Shown here piece by piece: positions 18,841 through 26,841 of a stretch of DNA of 64,000 nt (positions are counted from its first letter, which is position 1; every line of letters begins with the position of its first letter). The position numbers and the translations under genes are program-made. The DNA is from Candidatus Aldehydirespirator sp. (GTDB lineage Bacteria > Actinomycetota > Acidimicrobiia > Acidimicrobiales > Aldehydirespiratoraceae). The notes below the pieces were generated by a model, which was given only the letters and a program-made list of their open reading frames with translations, was not told the DNA's origin and made no database searches. Where the stretch lies: the NCBI GenBank assembly GCA_965220485.1, contig OZ244832.1, forward strand, positions 481,943-545,942. The letters are read 5' to 3'.

Positions 18841-19038
18841 CACAGCCCCTGGCAGCGGCCCACCAACGAGCAGAACAACTCTGTGCTGCGCCGCTGGCTG
18901 CCCAAAGGCAGCGACCTCGACATCGGCCAGGCCCGCCTGTGGGCCATCGAGGACCACATCAACACCATGCCCCGACGCCTCCACAACTGGCACAACTCAG
19001 AGATCCGCTACACTGCCCTCGCGAGAAACCACCGCTAG
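18838..19038 (+). pseudogene. C-terminal fragment of an IS30-family transposase
   Basis: HSPWQRPTNEQNNSVLRRWLPKGSDL...INTMPRRLHNW matches the IS30 C-terminal signature (PWQRGxNENxNGLLRxxxPKGxD...RPRK). It abuts the LacI fragment. Confidence 0.7.
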
Positions 19039-19207
19039 AGCTTGCCGGCCTTTCCGCGGTGGCCTGGCTCAGGCGCAATGCCGATCTGAGCCTGGACTTC
19101 CTGAGAGGTCTGGTGCCCGCCCGTGCGGGCAGCGGAGCACAACACAACACTGCCAAGATCACGATGCGTAACTCACGACCACAATACACAACTCTCGATC
19201 AGCACTG

Positions 19208-19729
19208 TCAACCATACTGAAGCCAGAGTAATCCCAAAGACAAAGCAATCATCACAACTCCGCCAATAATGGCTAACTTCTCAATAGACATATATAACAA
19301 GCGCTCTGCTAGCGCTAGGTTTGTTGCGGGTCGTTGCATCTCATTGTCAGAGCGCTGCTTATCGAGCGGCGCAGACTGCCAAAGCATCCAGAATGTTCCA
19401 AAGATTGTGACAATCACCCCACCCATCAGCGGAAACACGAGACCGACGGCGACCGGATCCTCAACTTTAATTGCAATGTTAGCGCCGATTGCCAAGAACG
19501 CTAGAATTGCGCTATGCCGAATTAGCAAGAAGCGGGTATCGTCGAAACTGTGTAGGATGTCTTGTAGCAATTGCTTGTGATCGCTGAGCCTGTTGGCGTT
19601 CCACAAGTGCATAGCGTAATAATAGAATGCAGAGAAACGCAGTACGTCATCACGACCGTCTTGCTCAAACTGATCGGAGCGCTGAGTCCAAAGCGTGATG
19701 TCTGTCGGTCGGAGCACCATACTGGTCAC
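19208..19729 (-). CDS. Hypothetical membrane protein in a low-GC islet
   Basis: 173-aa ORF (GTG) with hydrophobic segments (AILAFLAIGANIAI, VGLVFPLMGGVIVTIFGTFWMLW, LAIIGGVVMIALSLGLLWL). AT-rich codon usage is foreign to the surroundings. Confidence 0.55.
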   Translation of the reverse strand: MTSMVLRPTDITLWTQRSDQFEQDGRDDVLRFSAFYYYAMHLWNANRLSDHKQLLQDILHSFDDTRFLLIRHSAILAFLAIGANIAIKVEDPVAVGLVFPLMGGVIVTIFGTFWMLWQSAPLDKQRSDNEMQRPATNLALAERLLYMSIEKLAIIGGVVMIALSLGLLWLQYG

Positions 19730-19883
19730 AAATCTTGAACAGCCAGGCTCCTAAACCGAGTTCATAATCCCACCCGCGGTCAGGGTTTGCGTCTGTGAGT
19801 GTTTGAAGACGCTGAGCTTCGTCAATGAAGTCAGCCAGTATCTCATTCTGATCGGAACTATGGTCGGATGCCATATTCGTCAT
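19665..19883 (-). CDS. Hypothetical 72-aa ORF overlapping the next ORF by 65 nt
   Basis: Same low-GC islet. It may be the frameshifted N-terminus of the 19208-19729 gene. Confidence 0.35.
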   Translation of the reverse strand: MTNMASDHSSDQNEILADFIDEAQRLQTLTDANPDRGWDYELGLGAWLFKICDQYGAPTDRHHALDSALRSV

Positions 19884-19947
19884 GTCTACATGCTATCTCA
19901 TCAACTTAAGATGACATGGACAAGTGTCGTAGAATCGGAGGGACGAC

Positions 19948-20898
19948 ATGGAAAATCTCTGTTGGCGCATCTGGATCGACCGCCGACCGCCGCCCGAGGT
20001 CGCGGTGCCCGACGACGTCGAGTTCACCGACGACCTCTCTGACGCGGACGGCGCCGTGGTCGGCGCGGAGGAGTTCTGGGATGCGGACACCTGCCGCCGC
20101 TTGCCCCGGCTGAAGGTGGTGGCCCGCTCCGGCATCGGCTACGACAACGTCGAAGTCGCGGCGTGCGCCGCGGCGGGAGTGGCCGCGTGCAACACGCCCG
20201 ACGCTCCCACGGTGTCCACCGCCGAGCACGCTCTGGCCCTGCTGCTGGCCGTGTCCAAGCGGATCAAGCCCTCCGAGCGCAGCCTGCACACTCGCCTCGG
20301 CGACTATCGGGCCGCTCACCGGGCCCTCGAACTGGAGGGCAGGACTCTGGGCCTGCTCGGCTGCGGGCGCATCGGCAGCCGCGTGGGGCGTTACGCAGTT
20401 GGCCTGGGCATGAGCGTGCTCGTGCACGATCCTCATCTCGACGCCTCCGATGTGGCTGTGGGAGAACTCGTAGACCTCGACGACCTCTGGCTCCGCAGCG
20501 ACGCGGTGTCGCTCCACGCCCCCGCCATCGAAGCCACACGCCACATCGTCAATGCCCGGAGCATCGCGGCCATGAGGCCGGGGGTCATCATCATCAACTG
20601 CGCGCGGGGCGCGCTCATCGACCACGACGCGCTGCTCGCCGGGCTGGAGTCCGGCCACATCGCAGGAGCCGGCCTCGACGTGACTGAGCCCGAACCGCTG
20701 CCCGAAGGCCATCCGCTGCTGGGGCGCGATGATGTGATCGTCACCCCGCACGTCGCCTCGGCCACCACCGTGGGAACGGTCCGGCTGATCAGCCAGGCGC
20801 TCGGGCAGGCGGCCCAGTGGCTGCGGGGCGGGACTCCCGATCACCTGCTCGATCCGGCCGCGGCCGATCCGGCAGTGGACCGCCGGAGGGCGTCGTGA
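19948..20898 (+). CDS. D-isomer-specific 2-hydroxyacid dehydrogenase family protein
   Basis: LGLLGCGRIGSRVG NAD-binding motif, NCARGALID and TPHVAS signatures. A GGAGGGA RBS lies upstream. Confidence 0.9.
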   Translation: MENLCWRIWIDRRPPPEVAVPDDVEFTDDLSDADGAVVGAEEFWDADTCRRLPRLKVVARSGIGYDNVEVAACAAAGVAACNTPDAPTVSTAEHALALLLAVSKRIKPSERSLHTRLGDYRAAHRALELEGRTLGLLGCGRIGSRVGRYAVGLGMSVLVHDPHLDASDVAVGELVDLDDLWLRSDAVSLHAPAIEATRHIVNARSIAAMRPGVIIINCARGALIDHDALLAGLESGHIAGAGLDVTEPEPLPEGHPLLGRDDVIVTPHVASATTVGTVRLISQALGQAAQWLRGGTPDHLLDPAAADPAVDRRRAS

Positions 20899-21023
20899 GC
20901 CGTTCCACCCCCCGGGCGGCGGCCCACTTGAAGCTTGATTGCCGGAGGGCAAGATGACCATGAGCCGACGTCTTGGATGGCCGCCGGCGGCGACCCCGCG
21001 GCCGCATTCGACGAGTGGGCGAG

Positions 21024-21356
21024 ATGACCATGATCCGACGTCTTGGGGTGGCCGTGATCGGCTTCGGCTGGATGGGCCAGGCCCACGCCCGGTCCTACGC
21101 GCGCCTTCCTCTGATCTTCGAGGGTCTCGGTTACCGCGCCGAGTTGACGGTGTGCGCCGACACCGATGCGGAGCGGCGCGCCGCGGCATTGACCGACTGC
21201 GGTTTCCGCGAGGCCACCGACGACTGGCGCGCCGCGGTCGACCATCCCGATGTGGACGTGATCGCGATCTGCGCGCCCAACATGATGCACTGCGAGATGG
21301 TTCGCGGTGCTCGCCATCGACCACCGCGACTCGCTTCGGGCTGTTCTGGCCCCTGA
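21024..21356 (+). pseudogene. N-terminal fragment of a Gfo/Idh/MocA-family oxidoreductase
   Basis: MTMIRRLGVAVIGFGWMGQAHARSY...DVDVIAICAPNMMHCEM is a typical Rossmann N-terminus. Similarity ends near 21300 (about 92 codons) and the expected EKP motif and C-domain are absent. Confidence 0.7.
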
Positions 21357-21592
21357 CTGGCCGAACTGCGTCGCGTAGTGTCGTAACCCTCGTGAGCGAG
21401 CCTCGCGCTGCCGCCGCGAACTCCAGGAAGCGCTGGCGTGGAACAGCGCAGTCTGGCTCGACGGCCGGTCTGGCAACACTCCGATACGCACTATCAGTTG
21501 CATTGTCAACCCAGTGCACAAGTGAGCTGGCCCAGCATGGCCAGACCATTCACGATCTGGGGAGAGTCTCACCGTAGTGTCATGGTGTTCCC

Positions 21593-22609
21593 ATGAGCAG
21601 CATCAAGACCCGAGCCGAGTCCTCCGTTGCGAATCTCGTCGTGGTGGGCGTGCCGATCAACAACGAGACGGTGGCCGCCGCGGCGCCCCGGTCGCTTCTC
21701 GAGCGTGTGAGAGCTGAGCCCCAGAGGGGGTTTCCCGCGATTGCCAAGGAGCCGGAATCGTACGCTCGGATCGCTCAAGCGGTCCGCAGTCTCCCGGGCG
21801 TCCATCGGCTCCATCTCGGGGACAGCCGGCATCTGGAACTCGGTGCAGACAGCGTCGAACTCGTGGTCACCTCTCCGCCCTACTGGACACTGAAGAAGTA
21901 CAACGACCAAGCGGGCCAGCTTGGTGAAATCGAAGACTACGAGCGCTTCTTGGACGAACTCGACGCAGTGTGGCGTCGCGTCTATCACGCGCTCGTGCCT
22001 GGCGGACGCATGGTGGTCGTGGTCGGTGACGTCAACGTGTCGCGCAAGGCGTTCGGACGGCATATGGTCTTCCCGCTTCACGCGAGCATCCAGGAGCGGT
22101 GCCGACAGATCGGATTCGACAACCTCGCTCCCATAATCTGGTACAAGATCGCCAACGCGCAATACGAAATGGGTGCCGGTGGGTTCTACGGCAAGCCCTA
22201 CGAGCCGAACGGTGTCATCAAGAACGACATTGAGTACATCCTGCTGCAGCGCAAGCCGGGTGGATATCGAAGGCCCGACCTGGCCATGCGGCTCATGTCG
22301 ATTCTCTCGGCAGACGACCACTCGGAGTGGTTCCAGCAGGTCTGGCGCCTCGGAGGCGCGTCGCTGCGGGATCATCCGGCGCCCTACCCGATCAGCTTGG
22401 CCGAGCGTCTGATTCGCATGTTCTCGTTCGTCGGCGACACCGTCTACGACCCCTTCCTAGGCACGGGCACGACATCGGCGGCAGCTGCGACCTGCGGCCG
22501 CAACAGCGTCGGCTGTGAGATCGACCCGGCGTACTTCAAGCAGTGCGTCGAGAGGGTGAGCGGTGCAGCGAGCGCATCGCGCCAACCGGCACTGGACCTG
22601 ACGGCATAG
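21593..22609 (+). CDS. Site-specific DNA methyltransferase (N4/N6 PF01555-type, beta class; SPPY suggests N4-cytosine)
   Basis: Motif IV VVTSPPYW precedes AdoMet motif I VYDPFLGTGTT. Confidence 0.9.
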   Translation: MSSIKTRAESSVANLVVVGVPINNETVAAAAPRSLLERVRAEPQRGFPAIAKEPESYARIAQAVRSLPGVHRLHLGDSRHLELGADSVELVVTSPPYWTLKKYNDQAGQLGEIEDYERFLDELDAVWRRVYHALVPGGRMVVVVGDVNVSRKAFGRHMVFPLHASIQERCRQIGFDNLAPIIWYKIANAQYEMGAGGFYGKPYEPNGVIKNDIEYILLQRKPGGYRRPDLAMRLMSILSADDHSEWFQQVWRLGGASLRDHPAPYPISLAERLIRMFSFVGDTVYDPFLGTGTTSAAAATCGRNSVGCEIDPAYFKQCVERVSGAASASRQPALDLTA

Positions 22610-22618
22610 CTGTGGCGG

Positions 22619-23329
22619 GTGCTCCCAAACCGACGGGGTCTTCATCTGGTCGACGGCCTAGCAGCCCTGAGTTCTCCGACGATCGGGGACTACTGCGCGG
22701 CGTCAGCGGAGTACATCAGGTCGGCGACCACGGTGGGCCTCGAGAAGCGCAAGGCCGCGCAGATCCGACTCTCGGCCGGCCTGGCCCAAGCAACGGTCGC
22801 CAGTCTTCGGGCCAAAGGGCTTGGCTTGGCCGCCGCCGCCGCCGGTGAACGCACAGTCGGCGGTGGTCTGCGAAGCGTGAAGGCCGATGTCTCGGAATTG
22901 ACGGAGATCGATGGCCTCAAGTTGGCCGTCGAGATCAAACCCGTTCACTTGGCGGTGGGCCGAGCGATATGGAATCGCTTCGGCGACATTCGGAAGTTCG
23001 CTGTCAATCTCCACCTCAAGTTTCCCTTCGCGGTCGTGGGCGGCATTCTCACCCTGCCGACAACCGAACGGGCCACCTCGGGAGACGACCTTCACTGGAA
23101 GCCGACAACGCACCTGATCGAGCGAGCTGTCAGCCGCTTCATGCGCGCTGGCGGTCGGCAGACCGAGGGCGACGCCGGGCATCTACTCGAGGGCATCGCT
23201 GTCGTCGTGTTCGATCGAGTGAGTGGGCTGGTCAAACCCGATCTTCCACCTGCTGGCTCCGGCCTGCGCTGGGAGGAGTTCATCGACAAGGTAGCCGCAG
23301 CCTACGCTGGGCGCTTCAGCGAGGAATGA
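22619..23329 (+). CDS. Putative type II restriction endonuclease (PD-(D/E)XK-like)
   Basis: Begins 10 nt after the methylase stop. A candidate catalytic pattern lies in ADVSELTEIDGLKLAVEIKPV. I recognise no family. Confidence 0.5.
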   Translation: MLPNRRGLHLVDGLAALSSPTIGDYCAASAEYIRSATTVGLEKRKAAQIRLSAGLAQATVASLRAKGLGLAAAAAGERTVGGGLRSVKADVSELTEIDGLKLAVEIKPVHLAVGRAIWNRFGDIRKFAVNLHLKFPFAVVGGILTLPTTERATSGDDLHWKPTTHLIERAVSRFMRAGGRQTEGDAGHLLEGIAVVVFDRVSGLVKPDLPPAGSGLRWEEFIDKVAAAYAGRFSEE

Positions 23330-23335
23330 GGCGCT

Positions 23336-23959
23336 GTGGGCATCGTCACTGGTGCTGATCGCCTCGATACTTGCCGCGGGGCGGTTCCCGCGGCGATGGC
23401 GATGAAGGCGGCGCTGGCCTTGGCCTTCGTAGTGGCGCTGACCGTGCCGTTGGACCAGCTCGAGGGCAAGGGCATGGCGTTCCGGTTCCCGCTGTTCATG
23501 CTGTCGGCGGCGGTGGTGCCGCTGGTGTGGCGGCGTCGCTTCTCGCCTTATCCGGCAACCGCGGACGTGCTGGTGGTGGCGCCGTTCCTGATCGACACGC
23601 TCGGCAACCTGGTCGGGCTCTACGACGCCTACGACGCCACCGACGATGTGATGCACGCACTCAACTGGGTGCTGCTGGTGGCTGCGTTCCACTCCCTGCG
23701 CTTCCGTAGGGGCGGGTCCGAGCGGGCCCTGTCGCCAGCCGACGCCTGGCTGCTGGGCGCGGGCATCGGCGCGCTGGCCATCGTGGGCTGGGAGATCGCG
23801 GAGTGGATCGTCGCCGAGACCGGCGCCGGGGGAGGCCTGGCGCTCACCTACGGTGACACGGTAGGCGACCTGGCCCTGTCCACTGCTGGCGGAATGGTCG
23901 GTTCCTGGCTCGGCGTGCGCTTCCTCGGCGATCGCCGTCAGCCATCAGGCGCTGCGTGA
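23336..23959 (+). CDS. Hypothetical integral membrane protein
   Basis: Several hydrophobic helices. The start is uncertain (GTG 23336 or ATG 23396). Confidence 0.55.
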   Translation: MGIVTGADRLDTCRGAVPAAMAMKAALALAFVVALTVPLDQLEGKGMAFRFPLFMLSAAVVPLVWRRRFSPYPATADVLVVAPFLIDTLGNLVGLYDAYDATDDVMHALNWVLLVAAFHSLRFRRGGSERALSPADAWLLGAGIGALAIVGWEIAEWIVAETGAGGGLALTYGDTVGDLALSTAGGMVGSWLGVRFLGDRRQPSGAA

Positions 23960-24342
23960 ACACGGAATCCGAGGGCTCTCTGCAGGTTCGACAGGTAATC
24001 GGCATAGGCCCGCCGCCCGGCCGAGGTGGCCTGAACCCAGGTGCGGGGCTTGGAGCCCTGGAACTCCTTGGTGATGGCCACGTAGCCCGCGGCTTCAAGC
24101 TTGCGCAAATGGATGGTCAGGTTGCCGCCGGTCAGCCCCAGGGTCTGCTGGATGAATCCATAGGCAAACCGGTCCGACTCTGGCACCGAGACCAGCAGCG
24201 TCATGATGCGCAGCCGAGTCGGCTGATGGATCGTCTCATTGAGGACGACTTCCTCGCCGGTCGACGTGGGATCCGCGCCCGGGGACCGCTGGGCGGTCAT
24301 CGAGGCTTCGTCGTTCACCATTCTCCGGTCTTGAATACCCAC
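23938..24342 (-). CDS. Winged-helix (ArsR/MarR-like) transcriptional regulator
   Basis: IHQPTRLRIMTLL...LGLTGGNLTIHLRKLEAAGYV wHTH pattern. Start is ambiguous (GTG 24342, ATG 24321 or ATG 24300). Confidence 0.8.
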   Translation of the reverse strand: MGIQDRRMVNDEASMTAQRSPGADPTSTGEEVVLNETIHQPTRLRIMTLLVSVPESDRFAYGFIQQTLGLTGGNLTIHLRKLEAAGYVAITKEFQGSKPRTWVQATSAGRRAYADYLSNLQRALGFRVHAAPDG

Positions 24343-24965
24343 GCGAAACCGGCAGCGGTCATCGCCAGCATCGCTGATCCCGACACCGCCATTGCAACGT
24401 CGCCGAGGAGGTACTCCGGGATGTAGAACGCCGTCGCGTAAGCCAGTCCTAACACCGCGATCATGGGACGGTGCATGATGCCGAACAGGACGTACCCGAG
24501 TGCTATCACGCCGACAAAGACGCGCGCGGAGTTGTCAGCGTTCTCGGGGTTCCACAACCCTGCCGCGGATGTGAGGAGGAACGCGGCCACCACCACGGAG
24601 CCCCAGAAGAAGAACACCCTGATCCCTGCACGGCGGGCTGCTTCGCTGTTCGCCATGTTGCTACTCGCTCGGTGGCCGATGATGCCGCTGCACACCCCAC
24701 CCACTGTCCCGAGGCTGCCCCACAACGGGCCTGGGAACCAGGGCCTGCCCTCGGCGAACTCGGTGGCGAGAGTGTCGATGGCGTAATGGGAGAAATATCC
24801 CACTGAGACGATCACGCCCCACAGCAGCATGATCGCGGTGCTCCCGGCCAGGTACATGGAGCTGCGGGCATCATCCATGGTGGTGTGGATGGTCTGCCAG
24901 CTCTCCTCTGCCGTCAGGGCATCTGCGCCCTCGTCGAATGCCTGCACTTTGTCCGCCTCCCGCAA
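24315..24965 (-). CDS. Hypothetical multi-pass membrane protein co-transcribed with the wHTH regulator
   Basis: 216 aa with 5-6 hydrophobic segments. Its stop overlaps the regulator gene. Confidence 0.65.
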   Translation of the reverse strand: MREADKVQAFDEGADALTAEESWQTIHTTMDDARSSMYLAGSTAIMLLWGVIVSVGYFSHYAIDTLATEFAEGRPWFPGPLWGSLGTVGGVCSGIIGHRASSNMANSEAARRAGIRVFFFWGSVVVAAFLLTSAAGLWNPENADNSARVFVGVIALGYVLFGIMHRPMIAVLGLAYATAFYIPEYLLGDVAMAVSGSAMLAMTAAGFAWVFKTGEW

Positions 24966-24968
24966 ATG

Positions 24969-24996
24969 GTTTGTATTACAAACTAGTTTGTATCAC
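24969..24996. promoter_or_regulatory. Candidate operator: perfect palindrome GTTTGTA-T-TACAAAC plus an adjacent half-site TAGTTTGTATCAC
   Basis: Lies 4 bp upstream of the start of the membrane-protein/wHTH operon, in an AT-rich patch. Confidence 0.45.
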
Positions 24997-25061
24997 CAAG
25001 ACATGGTTGTCAAGTGTTGGCTGCAAACCCGAAGGCGCGGATAGGGATGCGACAGCGAGTG

Positions 25062-25991
25062 TCAGTAGCCGAGGGCTATGTCGACTAGGCCCAGCAGATC
25101 CTCGCCGGCCAGCCAGCGGCGCACGTTCTCTCGCACCCGCCCGGTGATCAGCGGCAGGCCCATCTCGCGGGTGTTGCCGATGTGGGGCGTGATCACGCAG
25201 TTCGGCAGGGCCCACAGCGCGGAGCTGTCCGGCAGCGGCTCCGGGTCGGTCACGTCGAGCACCGCCCCGGCGATCACACCCGCCCGCAGCGCGGCCCCCA
25301 AGGCAGCGTGGTCCACGTGGCCGCCGCGGGCCACGTTCACCAGCCAGCACTGCGGCCCCATCGACTCCAGCAGCGCCGCGTCCACCAAATGGCGGGTCTC
25401 GCCAGTCAGTGCCAGCGCCACCACCACCGCGTCGGCGCCGGCCACCGCCTGGTGCACCCGAGCCAGCGTCACCGTCCGGGTTGCGCCCTCGAAGGGTGCC
25501 TCGGAGCGTCGCACGACCGTCACCTGGCAGCCCCACGGCTCCAGCAGACGCATCAGCGAGCGGGTGATGCCGCCCCCACCCAGCACGGTGATTCTCGCGC
25601 CCAACAGGTTGCGCCCCGACTCCGGGCACCACGAGTCGGCTGGCGCGAACAGATGGAAGTCCCGCAGGCCCATCAGCAGCGCGGCCATGACCCATTCCGC
25701 CACCGGGTCGGCGTACACACCCTTGGCGCAGGTCCACACCAGGCGGGTGTCGAGATAGTCGAGAAACGGCTCGACACCCGCGTAGGGGAGCTGCACCCAC
25801 TCCACGGCCGGGGCCGAGGCGATCATCTCCGGGTACATGCCGGCCGCGTACGGGTCGGCCCACACCAGGGCCCGAGCCTCCGCCAGGCTCGCCACTTCGC
25901 CGCCGGCGTCGCGCACCGCGGCCACGAACGCGTCGTGCATCACGGGCCGGGTGTCGGGCGCCACCGCTATCGGGCGTCTCATGCGGTCCAC
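25062..25991 (-). CDS. D-isomer-specific 2-hydroxyacid dehydrogenase family protein
   Basis: VLGGGGITRSL NAD motif, NVARGGHVD and TPHIGNT signatures. Confidence 0.9.
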   Translation of the reverse strand: MDRMRRPIAVAPDTRPVMHDAFVAAVRDAGGEVASLAEARALVWADPYAAGMYPEMIASAPAVEWVQLPYAGVEPFLDYLDTRLVWTCAKGVYADPVAEWVMAALLMGLRDFHLFAPADSWCPESGRNLLGARITVLGGGGITRSLMRLLEPWGCQVTVVRRSEAPFEGATRTVTLARVHQAVAGADAVVVALALTGETRHLVDAALLESMGPQCWLVNVARGGHVDHAALGAALRAGVIAGAVLDVTDPEPLPDSSALWALPNCVITPHIGNTREMGLPLITGRVRENVRRWLAGEDLLGLVDIALGY

Positions 25992-26011
25992 CCGACAGCC
26001 AGCCCGACGCC

Positions 26012-26191
26012 GGGAATCAGACCGATGTCGGGAATCAGCTGGACGCTGGCAGCCAGCTGGACGCCGGGAATCAGCTGGACGCCGGGAATCAGCCGGGCAC
26101 CGGCAGCCAGCTGGACGTCGGGAATCAGCTGGACGTCGGGAATCAGCCGGGCACCGGCAGCCGGCCGGCCGAGGCGGCCGGACCGGCCGTT
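26012..26191. repeat. 18-bp tandem array (~10 units, GGGAATCAGCTGGACGYC / GGCAGCCAGCTGGACGYC / GGGAATCAGCCGGGCACC)
   Basis: Directly visible. Intergenic between upp and the dehydrogenase gene. Confidence 0.9.
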
Positions 26192-26214
26192 ACGACCTCG
26201 CGGCCAAGTCCGGG

Positions 26215-26841
26215 TCACGACCAGTTGAACTGGCGATCCCCAGCGTCACCGAGGCCGGGGACGATGAACCCGTTGTGGTCGAGCGACTCGTCGACGGCGG
26301 CTACGCACACGGCGTCGGCCAGACCCGATTCGCGCACCCGCTCGATTCCCTCGGGAGCGGCCAGAACGCAGACCGCGGTCACCCGCCCTGCGCCGCTGCC
26401 CCTGAGCGTCTCCAAGGCGTGGACGCAAGATCCGCCCGTGGCCAGCATCGGGTCGAGGATCAGGGCGTCCCGCCCGTCGAGGTCGTCGGGAAGAGTGCTC
26501 GCATACTGGCGAGCCTCCAGGGTGCGTTCGTTGCGCCTGAGGCCCACGAACGCCACCTCCACGTCGCCGAGCAGCTCCAGCGCGGCGTTGAGCATCCCCA
26601 GCCCGGCCCGCAGCACCGGCACCACCACCGGGAGACGGTCGAGGCGGGTGCCCACAGTCGGACCCATGGGCGTGGTGACGTCGACGGGGACGAGCGGGGC
26701 CTGCCCCATGGCCTCATAGACCAGTATCGAGCTCAGATCGCGCAACAGGCGCCGGAACTCGTGGTTGGGGGTGGACGAGTCGCGCAGGCGTGTCACCCGG
26801 TCGGCGACCAGCGCATTGTCGATCACATGGATCTCGGTCAC
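26215..26841 (-). CDS. upp: Uracil phosphoribosyltransferase
   Basis: VPVLRAGLGM, LILDPMLATGGS PRPP motif, and the C-terminal IVPGLGDAGDRQF. Confidence 0.95.
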   Translation of the reverse strand: MTEIHVIDNALVADRVTRLRDSSTPNHEFRRLLRDLSSILVYEAMGQAPLVPVDVTTPMGPTVGTRLDRLPVVVPVLRAGLGMLNAALELLGDVEVAFVGLRRNERTLEARQYASTLPDDLDGRDALILDPMLATGGSCVHALETLRGSGAGRVTAVCVLAAPEGIERVRESGLADAVCVAAVDESLDHNGFIVPGLGDAGDRQFNWS

